Below are positions 9,901 through 15,962 of a stretch of DNA of 28,794 bases, piece after piece; positions within the stretch are counted from its first letter, which is position 1; every line of letters starts with the position of its first letter. Under the pieces are notes generated by a model. The model ran no database searches, was not told the origin of the DNA, and saw only the letters and a list, made by a program, of their open reading frames with translations. This DNA is from a virus. The stretch lies in IMG/VR virus record IMGVR_UViG_3300025806_000010; one strand, given 5' to 3'. The position numbers were made by a program, and so were the translations under genes.

Positions 9901-9910
9901 CTCAAAATGA
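6905..9910 (+). CDS. Repeat-modular tail fibre or receptor-binding protein (about 1001 aa)
   Basis: About 7 diverged modules, each closing with a (I/V)(S/T)N(V/I)SV(K/E/Q)E(L/E)G..W or ...VDPN.YW strand. Multiple ELV.NGDF motifs are typical of the first strand of CBM or jelly-roll domains. The track start at 6902 is TTG; the ATG at 6905 is more likely. Confidence 0.7.
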   Translation: MLQIISNSNETKTGPELVQNGDFSQLGTDLVENGEFDELGTDVITNGGFTGVTELVADGDFSLTGTQAESTTGTYWTTGSKWVINSNSAYTDATAYSNLSTYSVFESGKTYTITVEVSGGNCRVYFGTSATTLHLLTDGLNTITAVAEGTKLTFRAYTTPTTISNVSVKEEGEDWTQGIGWTIGDSKATSTQALGSEEVTNGDFSAAGINLVDNPNFTDTGSELVTNGDFATDSDWTFSNIGGSNGWRIADGRAICDTSAATKNRNLTSSLSLDGSKDYKLTIDILQSADNITVYVGGTALSPKLPTGENLGYEYYISSSDHSGGALMFYAGSSDLQEIDNVSVKELGADWTVLNADATHYVEFIETGARFVFATTSPAVYLNQPTTLLANKSYKLTVDLTRVSGGVKLEGGGITEIFNATTSGTNNTRYITPTSNIYLQFLRSSSNVDLTFHSVSVQELGEGWTLTAATIGEDEATIVSPDGSYAGISQSNVTISGKTYKYSLEIKSISGNLGLVIGGVSDIFSTVGTKTGYVTAAGTYLEIKRGGGVLNATITNISVKEIATSYLTQGVSLSAKTWKIIYSVSDYIAGSVSATDYGVVTTANAVGITEYVQIGAVSDFRMVNIDGYFEGAVTGISAELVDPNGYWTLNGWVFGEDKASNDGVNTGNLNQDVGLQQDKSYLIKGTISNYNSGTLQVRLGLGATIDVGSSDGTFSIYLKSTSTNSVLRFYPKVGSLFNGSVTNISVEQVDPNDYWTLGTGWSIGTDKAISTVTGSNSDITQSILTAGKTYRTVYEIVDYDAGTAQAVVTGSAGADAVAIETYTEDLTTTGTDFSIRSKLGTFDGAVSSVSAKLLGSYEDQSIYVTAADVQTLPQASVYYLVELTSMASKNSIYFIPSSVVPNNGRYTKLNFTVVSKDALTQPTVGIISFYDSAGGFDTYPMGFYEFKIYEQTSSTNLDPLLATGLLEKGFAFVRDFSGNMQELTDGFKEYNPTLTQYVYSK

Positions 9911-11955
9911 AGAAACAAAACTTTTCCGTATTAAATTACGGCTCAACCGAGATACCGTTATTTGCTGAAAAGCAAGGACAAGAATGGGTTGATTATGGCA
10001 TAGATAATTTATACGGTGATTACTTACGGGATCTATTCCTTTCATCCAGTACTCACGGGGCAATCGTAAACGGGGTTGCCGATATGATTTACGGAGGCGG
10101 TTTAGACGCTACCGATAGGGAAGATAACGACCAAAAGAAAGAACAATGGATACGCCTTCAAGAACTGCTTAACAATAGCGATGATGGACTACTTCAAAAG
10201 ATAGCTTTCGACATCAAGTTGTACGGTATGGTTTACTTGAATGTTATTTGGAATCGGGCAAGAACTCGCATAGGTGCAATAAAGCACTTACCCGTTCACA
10301 CGATGCGTAGCGGTGTCGCTGATTCTGATGGGTACGTAAGCCATTATTATTACAAATACGACTGGAAGGATAGCAGAGAGTTAGAACGTCCCTTAAACGC
10401 CTTCTCTATGGATGACAGAACGGAGGCTTCTACATGCTATCAAATCAAACGTTACTCAGTCGCACAACATTACTACGCTGTACCTGATTATGTAGGGGGA
10501 ACAAATTACATTGAATTGGATCGTGAGGTATCTACTTTCCATTTGAACAATATCCGCAGGGGATTCTTTCCTTCTATGTTATTGTCGTTTAAAAATGGAG
10601 TGCCAACGGAACAAGAAAGGGTAAACATAGAACGTAAAGTAATAGAGAAATTTACGGGAGCAGATAATGCAGGGCGTATCTTAATTACGTTTAATGACGG
10701 TGATGATACTGCACCTGAGTTTACACCTATCGACACTAACGGGGCAGACACTATGTATGAGTTCCTTTCTAAAACGGTAAGCGAAAAGATACTTACTTCA
10801 CATCGTGTCGTTAGTCCTTTAATGTTTGGTGTAAGGTCTGAGGGTGGAGGTTTTGGGAATAACGCAGACGAGTTACGCGATTCATACAGCCTATTTAACA
10901 ACACGGTCATAGCACCCTTCCAAGATATTCTATTAAAGGCTTTAGGGGGCTTGTTTGCTATTAACGACATTGAGTTAGATATTTACTTTATTACGGCAAA
11001 ACCTGCCGACTTCTTAGACTTGGACGTTATAGAAACTTTAGACGAAGGCGAACAAGAAAAAGAGGGGATAGAAAACCCACAAGAAGAAGGTGAAGTAGTA
11101 GTAGATGAACCAATAGAAGAAGGGATGCCAGTAATATCAGCCGATAACGAAGCGTCTTACAATGGCGCACAAATTTCTTCCGCACTGGATATTATCGTTA
11201 AAGTAGGTGAAGGTTTATTAACCCCTGAACAAGCGATAGTGTTCCTTATTCAGATGTTACAATTCGAACCATCGGTAGCGGAAGCGTTATTTACTGAGGG
11301 GCAAGATGCTATCGAGAAAGTCGAAGCGTCAAAGTTTTCTAAGCTACCGAAAAAGATTCAATTAAAGGTAGCAAAAGAGTTGATAGAATTAGGGGAAGAA
11401 GAAAAGGATTTACTTAGTGATTATGCTCTAATAGATTCAAGGAAAGTAGATTACGATGAAGAAGAAAAGTTAGATGCTATGTGGACTTTTGCAACCGTTC
11501 CCAGTTCACAACCAACATCAAAAAGCGACAACCCAAAACACGGTCAAGATACCGAATTAATAAAGGTGCGTTATGTTTATAAGCAAGGTAACTTTAAAAA
11601 CATCGGGAAGTCAAGGGAGTTTTGCGATAAGATGATGGCAGCAGGTAAGGTCTATCGAAAAGAAGACATTATGTTTGCAGGGGATAGGGCGGTGAATCCA
11701 GGTTGGGGGGAATACGGTGCTAACAAATACTCTATATGGCTTTTCAAAGGTGGTGCATTGTGCCGTCATTGGTGGGAACGTCAAACATATTTGAAGAAGA
11801 ACAATAAAAGAATAACCGTAAACGAAGCTAAAAGGATTATCCGAACTAATAGCGGAACGGATTTAGAAATTAACGACACAAGGGTAGCACAAGCACCAAG
11901 AACGTGGAAAGATAAGGGATTCGTAAACCCTAAATTAATAGAAGAATACAAATGA
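9907..11955 (+). CDS. Portal protein with a C-terminal MuF/SPP1 gp7-like extension
   Basis: 682 aa. The N-terminal 365 aa or so are portal-like (YG.DNLY..YL..L...S..H.AI), followed by an acidic linker. The C-terminus SREFCDKMMAAGKVYRKEDI...GGALCRHWWE resembles the Cys/His motif of head-morphogenesis (Mu F) proteins. Confidence 0.6.
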   Translation: MKKQNFSVLNYGSTEIPLFAEKQGQEWVDYGIDNLYGDYLRDLFLSSSTHGAIVNGVADMIYGGGLDATDREDNDQKKEQWIRLQELLNNSDDGLLQKIAFDIKLYGMVYLNVIWNRARTRIGAIKHLPVHTMRSGVADSDGYVSHYYYKYDWKDSRELERPLNAFSMDDRTEASTCYQIKRYSVAQHYYAVPDYVGGTNYIELDREVSTFHLNNIRRGFFPSMLLSFKNGVPTEQERVNIERKVIEKFTGADNAGRILITFNDGDDTAPEFTPIDTNGADTMYEFLSKTVSEKILTSHRVVSPLMFGVRSEGGGFGNNADELRDSYSLFNNTVIAPFQDILLKALGGLFAINDIELDIYFITAKPADFLDLDVIETLDEGEQEKEGIENPQEEGEVVVDEPIEEGMPVISADNEASYNGAQISSALDIIVKVGEGLLTPEQAIVFLIQMLQFEPSVAEALFTEGQDAIEKVEASKFSKLPKKIQLKVAKELIELGEEEKDLLSDYALIDSRKVDYDEEEKLDAMWTFATVPSSQPTSKSDNPKHGQDTELIKVRYVYKQGNFKNIGKSREFCDKMMAAGKVYRKEDIMFAGDRAVNPGWGEYGANKYSIWLFKGGALCRHWWERQTYLKKNNKRITVNEAKRIIRTNSGTDLEINDTRVAQAPRTWKDKGFVNPKLIEEYK

Positions 11956-12512
11956 GCCAAGCACTTTTCGTTTCAGCAAATAGATTAAAACGTGATACCG
12001 CAATAGGTGGTAGCGTAGATGATGATTTAATACGCCCGTATGTTTATATGGCGCAGCAACGTTGGATACTTCCCGTATTGGGAACAAAGTTGTACGATAA
12101 AATTTCTGCCGACATAGATGCAGGAACGGTAACGGGGGATTATGAAACACTCTTAAACGACTACATAATACCTTCTACGGTTCAGTATTCCTTCGTTCAG
12201 TTAGTGCCTTTCCTACGTCTTAGATTCGTTAATAATGCGGTAGTAGTTATGAACTCAGAACAAAGCTCTGCTGCTACCTATGACGATTTAAAACCGTTAA
12301 TGGATCAAGCGTTAGATATGGCTACTTTCTACCGTGAAAGGTTGATAGATTACATCTGCAATAACTCAACTTTGTTTCCTGAATATAACACGAATACGGG
12401 TGCAGACCTTTCACCTACACAAAACAACTATACGCAGGGTATGAATTTAGACTATGGAGGTTTAGATTTACGATACGAAGCGTTCTTAACGGGTGCAGGA
12501 ATTAGATGGTAA
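11952..12512 (+). CDS. Putative head-tail connector or adaptor protein
   Basis: 186 aa, coupled to the portal gene by an ATGA overlap. The LIRPYVYMAQQRWILPVLGTKLY pattern resembles gp6-like connectors. This is a weak assignment. Confidence 0.35.
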   Translation: MSQALFVSANRLKRDTAIGGSVDDDLIRPYVYMAQQRWILPVLGTKLYDKISADIDAGTVTGDYETLLNDYIIPSTVQYSFVQLVPFLRLRFVNNAVVVMNSEQSSAATYDDLKPLMDQALDMATFYRERLIDYICNNSTLFPEYNTNTGADLSPTQNNYTQGMNLDYGGLDLRYEAFLTGAGIRW

Positions 12513-12658
12513 ATAGAAAACGATATGCTCCGAGTTTACAAAACGAAGAGAAATTAAAAAACTTTATTAGCAAACAAGAAAACAACCGAACGAATCTTTA
12601 CCGCAAGGGGTGTCCAAATAACTGCGGATGCGGTGGGTGCAAGAAAGACGGAACTTAG
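12506..12658 (+). CDS. Small basic Cys-rich protein (50 aa)
   Basis: Hand-translated: ATG at 12506 overlaps the upstream stop, TAG at 12656..12658. The C-terminus is GCPNNCGCGGCKKDGT. Confidence 0.3.
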   Translation: MVNRKRYAPSLQNEEKLKNFISKQENNRTNLYRKGCPNNCGCGGCKKDGT

Positions 12659-12667
12659 AATAGTAAA

Positions 12668-12829
12668 ATGGAAAACGGAAAACTTTGGAGTATAAACTTT
12701 TTATGGACGGGATGGGCTTACGGAATGATTAGCGAGAATTTAACTTTAACACTTGGAATAATAGGTGGTATTACTTTAATATGGCTTAATATAGAAGGGA
12801 TCATTACTCACCGAAAGAATAGAAAATGA
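12668..12829 (+). CDS. Small membrane protein, holin candidate (53 aa)
   Basis: Hand-translated: MENGKLWSINFLWTGWAYGMISENLTLTLGIIGGITLIWLNIEGIITHRKNRK. It has hydrophobic segments and a basic tail. ATGA overlap with the endolysin gene. Confidence 0.5.
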   Translation: MENGKLWSINFLWTGWAYGMISENLTLTLGIIGGITLIWLNIEGIITHRKNRK

Positions 12830-13293
12830 GAGAAATCAAATCAGTAATTCTACATTGTACCGCTACCCCTGCCGATAGGGTTTTAACGGTTAAAGAGATC
12901 CGCAAATGGCACGTACAAGAAAGGGGATGGGCAGACATTGGATACCATTTTATAATCCATCAAGACGGCACAATAGAGCGTGGAAGACATATCGGCAAAG
13001 TCGGGGCGCATACTTGGGGAAATAACTACGGAAGTGTTGGTGTGGCATATTGCGGAGGGGTAGCAAAAAAAGTTAAGAAATCTTTAGATAAAGAAAAACC
13101 AAAGTCAAAGACTACGATAGTATCAAAGGACACTATGACGAAAGAACAAGAATCTTCGTTTAGGAATCTCTTTGAGATGTTGGAAGTGATGTTTGGTGAA
13201 TTGAAATTAAGCGGTCATAACGACCATAACAAAGCTAAGGATTGTCCTGCGTTTAATATGCGGGATAAGTTTGGCGATTTAATAAATAGATAA
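12826..13293 (+). CDS. N-acetylmuramoyl-L-alanine amidase (Amidase_2/PGRP, T7-lysozyme type) endolysin
   Basis: Has ILHCTAT, WADIGYHF, GAHTWGNNYGSVGV and GHNDH...KDCP, which match the zinc-ligand and catalytic motifs of Amidase_2. Contains a Lys-rich insertion. Confidence 0.85.
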   Translation: MREIKSVILHCTATPADRVLTVKEIRKWHVQERGWADIGYHFIIHQDGTIERGRHIGKVGAHTWGNNYGSVGVAYCGGVAKKVKKSLDKEKPKSKTTIVSKDTMTKEQESSFRNLFEMLEVMFGELKLSGHNDHNKAKDCPAFNMRDKFGDLINR

Positions 13294-13448
13294 TGGAATT
13301 TTTTACAACTAACTGGGTAGAGTTACTACTCGCAGCGATTACATTTTTAGGTACGTATACAGCTTTAACGGAAACCACGAAGGATGATAAACTACTGGAT
13401 ATTGTTAGACGAATACTCAATGCTGTTATTCTTGGAAGAAATCGATGA
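13293..13448 (+). CDS. Small membrane protein (51 aa), lysis-associated candidate
   Basis: Hand-translated: MEFFTTNWVELLLAAITFLGTYTALTETTKDDK.... TAATG overlap upstream and ATGA overlap downstream. Confidence 0.4.
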   Translation: MEFFTTNWVELLLAAITFLGTYTALTETTKDDKLLDIVRRILNAVILGRNR

Positions 13449-13660
13449 AAACGGTCTTAGCACTTTTATCGAAGTTAGACCTGACGGAAGTATTTCGTGA
13501 CAAAGGAAAGCTCAGGAAGTGGTCAGCTAAAAGAACCATCGGGGGTTTAATCGTAGCCTATGCTCTAACATCAATGGACGGGGAGATAGAATGGAAGGGG
13601 GTGGTGTTGTGTGTCGTGGGTATTGTTCCACTATGCCTATCATTTTTTGAAAGACGTTAG
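13445..13660 (+). CDS. Small membrane protein (71 aa), lysis-associated candidate
   Basis: Two hydrophobic segments (IGGLIVAYALTS and VVLCVVGIVPLCLSFF), next to the endolysin. Confidence 0.45.
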   Translation: MKTVLALLSKLDLTEVFRDKGKLRKWSAKRTIGGLIVAYALTSMDGEIEWKGVVLCVVGIVPLCLSFFERR

Positions 13661-14405
13661 ACCAAGACTAAAAGGGAATAAGCTAAAAGCGTTCCAACAC
13701 CTCACTAAAAAGGAGAGGCGTATTCTTGTCGTTGGTGATTTGCATTGCCCGTTTGATTTAGATGGGTATTTAAAGTTCCTTTTAGACACTTATGCGAAGT
13801 GGAATTGTAACCAAATTTTGATGATTGGCGATGCCATCGATAACCATTATTCGAGCTTTCATCAGACGGATGCAGATGGTTATGGAGGGGGTAAAGAACT
13901 TGATATGGCAATTAAACGACTATCAAAATACCGCGATGCATTTGCAGAAATATGCGATAAAAAAATAGATATTTGCACGGGCAATCACGATAGAATAATA
14001 ATGCGCAGGGCGTTCGATTCGGATATTCCTGCCAGGTGGATTAAATCATATAACGAAGTTCTCGGTACGGATTGGAACTGGGTAGAAAGTATCGTTTATG
14101 ACGATGTGCTTTATGAACACGGGGAAGGTGGTCAGGCTAAGACTAAAGCAAAGAATAATATGATGTCAAGTGTTTGCGGTCACACTCATACAGCTTGTGG
14201 CGTTGAGTGGTTCGTGGGTAAAAAATATCGGGTGTTTGGGATGCAGGTGGGATGCGGTGTTGATGCTTCAACTTACGCTGCTGCCTATGCTAAGAACTTT
14301 AAGAAACAAGCAATAGGATGTGGGATTGTACTCGGAGGACATACAGCCATAAACGTGCTGATGCCTTTGGGTAAACCTAAGCCAAAGAAGGGGACGGTTT
14401 TATAA
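13611..14405 (+). CDS. Calcineurin-like metallophosphoesterase
   Basis: Has the VVGDLHCPFD, GDAIDN, GNHD and GHTH motifs. The start is uncertain: GTG at 13611 or a downstream TTG, with no ATG before the first motif. Confidence 0.75.
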   Translation: MSWVLFHYAYHFLKDVRPRLKGNKLKAFQHLTKKERRILVVGDLHCPFDLDGYLKFLLDTYAKWNCNQILMIGDAIDNHYSSFHQTDADGYGGGKELDMAIKRLSKYRDAFAEICDKKIDICTGNHDRIIMRRAFDSDIPARWIKSYNEVLGTDWNWVESIVYDDVLYEHGEGGQAKTKAKNNMMSSVCGHTHTACGVEWFVGKKYRVFGMQVGCGVDASTYAAAYAKNFKKQAIGCGIVLGGHTAINVLMPLGKPKPKKGTVL

Positions 14406-14521
14406 CTTTCTTTTTAAAAGTTTCACGTTCTTTCATTACCTTTCACGTTTTTTGCAATAGAAAACCCCCTACTTCCCTATGAGAAAAAGCGAGGGGCGTT
14501 CACCAAATATAAACAACGTTG

Positions 14522-15337
14522 CTAAGGTACAAAAGTATCTTCCATTTTCTGAATAGCTTTGAAGATTTCGTGTGCGACTTGTGGAACTATCGCGTTTCCG
14601 TATGCTTTGATGCTTTCTTTTCGCCACTTTGAAAAGGTAATGCCGTCCAGTTCTTTGGGAATCCCATCATTTCCTCCACAAAGAGGGGGTTGAGTTGGGA
14701 AGTTTTCCCAGTCGTTTGATTCGCTAATGGTGTCGGGAGCATCCCCATCGCTGCAAAGTGGTCGAGGTACAAAGCTCTCTTTTCTCCCCCGTATTTCTTC
14801 TGACGATCCTGACATTCTTCTAACGTCCGTTCCCGTACTTGGCTCGTTACGGTAGGCAACAAACCAAATTCTATCCCTTCGGTGGGGTGCGTTTTTACCG
14901 CAAGCTGGAAGTAAATACGGTGTGACTTCGTAGCCTTCATTTTCCAAGTCAGCGCACACCTGCTCGAACTGAACTCCCCCTGACCAATTAAGTAAGCCGC
15001 GAACGTTTTCGCCCACAACGTAGCGCGGGGAAACTTCCCGAATGACTCTAAGCATCTCGCCCCATAAGTTGCGTTCGTCTTCCGTTCCTTTTCTAAGTCC
15101 TGCGTTTGAAAAAGGTTGACATGGGAATCCTCCTGAGATAATATCAATTCTTCCAGCGTAGTTTGATGCGTTAAAGGTTTTGACATCTTTGTATAGTTTT
15201 GAATTTGGAAAGTGGTGTTTAAGAATCTTTTGGCAGAATGGATCGTACTCACAATGAAAGACGTTTTCCCACCCCATCCATTCGGCTGCCAGGTCAAACC
15301 CACCTATTCCGCTAAATAGTGATCCGTGCCTAAGCAT
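14522..15337 (-). CDS. dcm: DNA (cytosine-5)-methyltransferase, short form (271 aa)
   Basis: Has motif I LFSGIGGF, motif IV GGFPCQPFS, motif VI GENVRGLL, motif VIII HRRDRIWFVAY and motif X YGNAIVPQVA. I confirmed the frame-0 translation by reverse-complementing the sequence myself. Confidence 0.85.
   Translation of the reverse strand: MLRHGSLFSGIGGFDLAAEWMGWENVFHCEYDPFCQKILKHHFPNSKLYKDVKTFNASNYAGRIDIISGGFPCQPFSNAGLRKGTEDERNLWGEMLRVIREVSPRYVVGENVRGLLNWSGGVQFEQVCADLENEGYEVTPYLLPACGKNAPHRRDRIWFVAYRNEPSTGTDVRRMSGSSEEIRGRKESFVPRPLCSDGDAPDTISESNDWENFPTQPPLCGGNDGIPKELDGITFSKWRKESIKAYGNAIVPQVAHEIFKAIQKMEDTFVP
14587..15186 (-). CDS. Nested +1-frame ORF inside dcm (199 aa from the first ATG; the frame is open from 15303)
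   Basis: 238 stop-free codons lie wholly inside dcm on the same strand. The ATG at 15186 has an A-rich context (aaaactatacaaagATG) like other starts here. The product has a protein-like pattern: SQEDSHVNLF, CALTWKMK, GLLPTVT, GMLPTPLA, QLNPLFVEEMMGFPKNWT. Confidence 0.45.
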   Translation of the reverse strand: MSKPLTHQTTLEELILSQEDSHVNLFQTQDLEKERKTNATYGARCLESFGKFPRATLWAKTFAAYLIGQGEFSSSRCALTWKMKATKSHRIYFQLAVKTHPTEGIEFGLLPTVTSQVRERTLEECQDRQKKYGGEKRALYLDHFAAMGMLPTPLANQTTGKTSQLNPLFVEEMMGFPKNWTALPFQSGEKKASKHTETR

Positions 15338-15689
15338 TAGATAGTTGTTTTATTAATGCCGACTTAACGCTACTAATTGAGTTGATGCGCTCAGATAAAG
15401 AAAGTATGTAGCTTTCTACTTCGTCTTTGTTAGTGGCTATGTAGTAACCTTTAGACGTAGCGATAAGCAAAGGCACAAGGTGTTGTGTGCGTATGTGATG
15501 CACAATCTTTCTTAGCCTGGTATCGGTTATCTTACACCCTCCTTCTTTTAGAGCTTTACAAATATCCTTATTAGTGATGGCTTTGCCTTTGCCTAATTTG
15601 GTAGATAAACCATGCACGACAATAGGCAACAGCGTATGTAGTTCGTAGTGGTTTAGTTCGTGGGTTTCCCTTTCGAAGTTTGTTATCAT
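15330..15689 (-). CDS. Hypothetical protein, probable winged-helix DNA-binding fold
   Basis: 119 aa with an 8-nt overlap onto the dcm start. The RLRKIVHHIRTQHLVPLLIATSKGYYIA pattern looks wHTH-like. Confidence 0.35.
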   Translation of the reverse strand: MITNFERETHELNHYELHTLLPIVVHGLSTKLGKGKAITNKDICKALKEGGCKITDTRLRKIVHHIRTQHLVPLLIATSKGYYIATNKDEVESYILSLSERINSISSVKSALIKQLSNA

Positions 15690-15782
15690 TGTTTTAAGAT
15701 TTAATTAGAAAAAAAAGACACAAAGCGAGTAACCAAATTAATATAGTTATTCGTTTGTGCTTTAGTGAAGATGGATTGTACA

Positions 15783-15893
15783 TCATTCTTCTTCGGTAAT
15801 AAATTCGCAATGCTCTAAGCAGTCGGGGCATATTCCGTATTCAGTCATAAAGCAAGAAGCCCCACAACAATCGCTTACTAATTCGTCTTCCAT
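15783..15893 (-). CDS. Small acidic Cys-rich protein (36 aa), zinc-binding candidate
   Basis: Hand-translated: MEDELVSDCCGASCFMTEYGICPDCLEHCEFITEEE, with 6 Cys plus one His. Confidence 0.35.
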   Translation of the reverse strand: MEDELVSDCCGASCFMTEYGICPDCLEHCEFITEEE

Positions 15894-15926
15894 TTTTATC
15901 TCGTTTTATGATATGTTTTTAAAGTA

Positions 15927-15957
15927 TTGCAGGACACCCCCTTTGAGCATCCTGCAA
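15927..15957 (-). promoter_or_regulatory. Stem-loop between the ParB-like gene and the Cys-rich ORF
   Basis: TTGCAGGA (15927..15934) pairs with TCCTGCAA (15950..15957) around a 15-nt loop. There is no U-tract on the minus strand, so it is not a classic terminator. Confidence 0.3.
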
Positions 15958-15962
15958 CCTTA

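Noticed and set aside
10506-10970. 154-aa antisense ORF inside the portal gene
   Set aside because: The sense frame is a portal-like protein. The antisense product has no motifs and no operon context.
14460-14500. Possible bidirectional terminator (CCCCT...AGGGG) in the convergent gap
   Set aside because: The stem is only about 5 bp with a loop of more than 20 nt. The U-tract is poor on the + strand and marginal on the - strand, so the call is not supportable.
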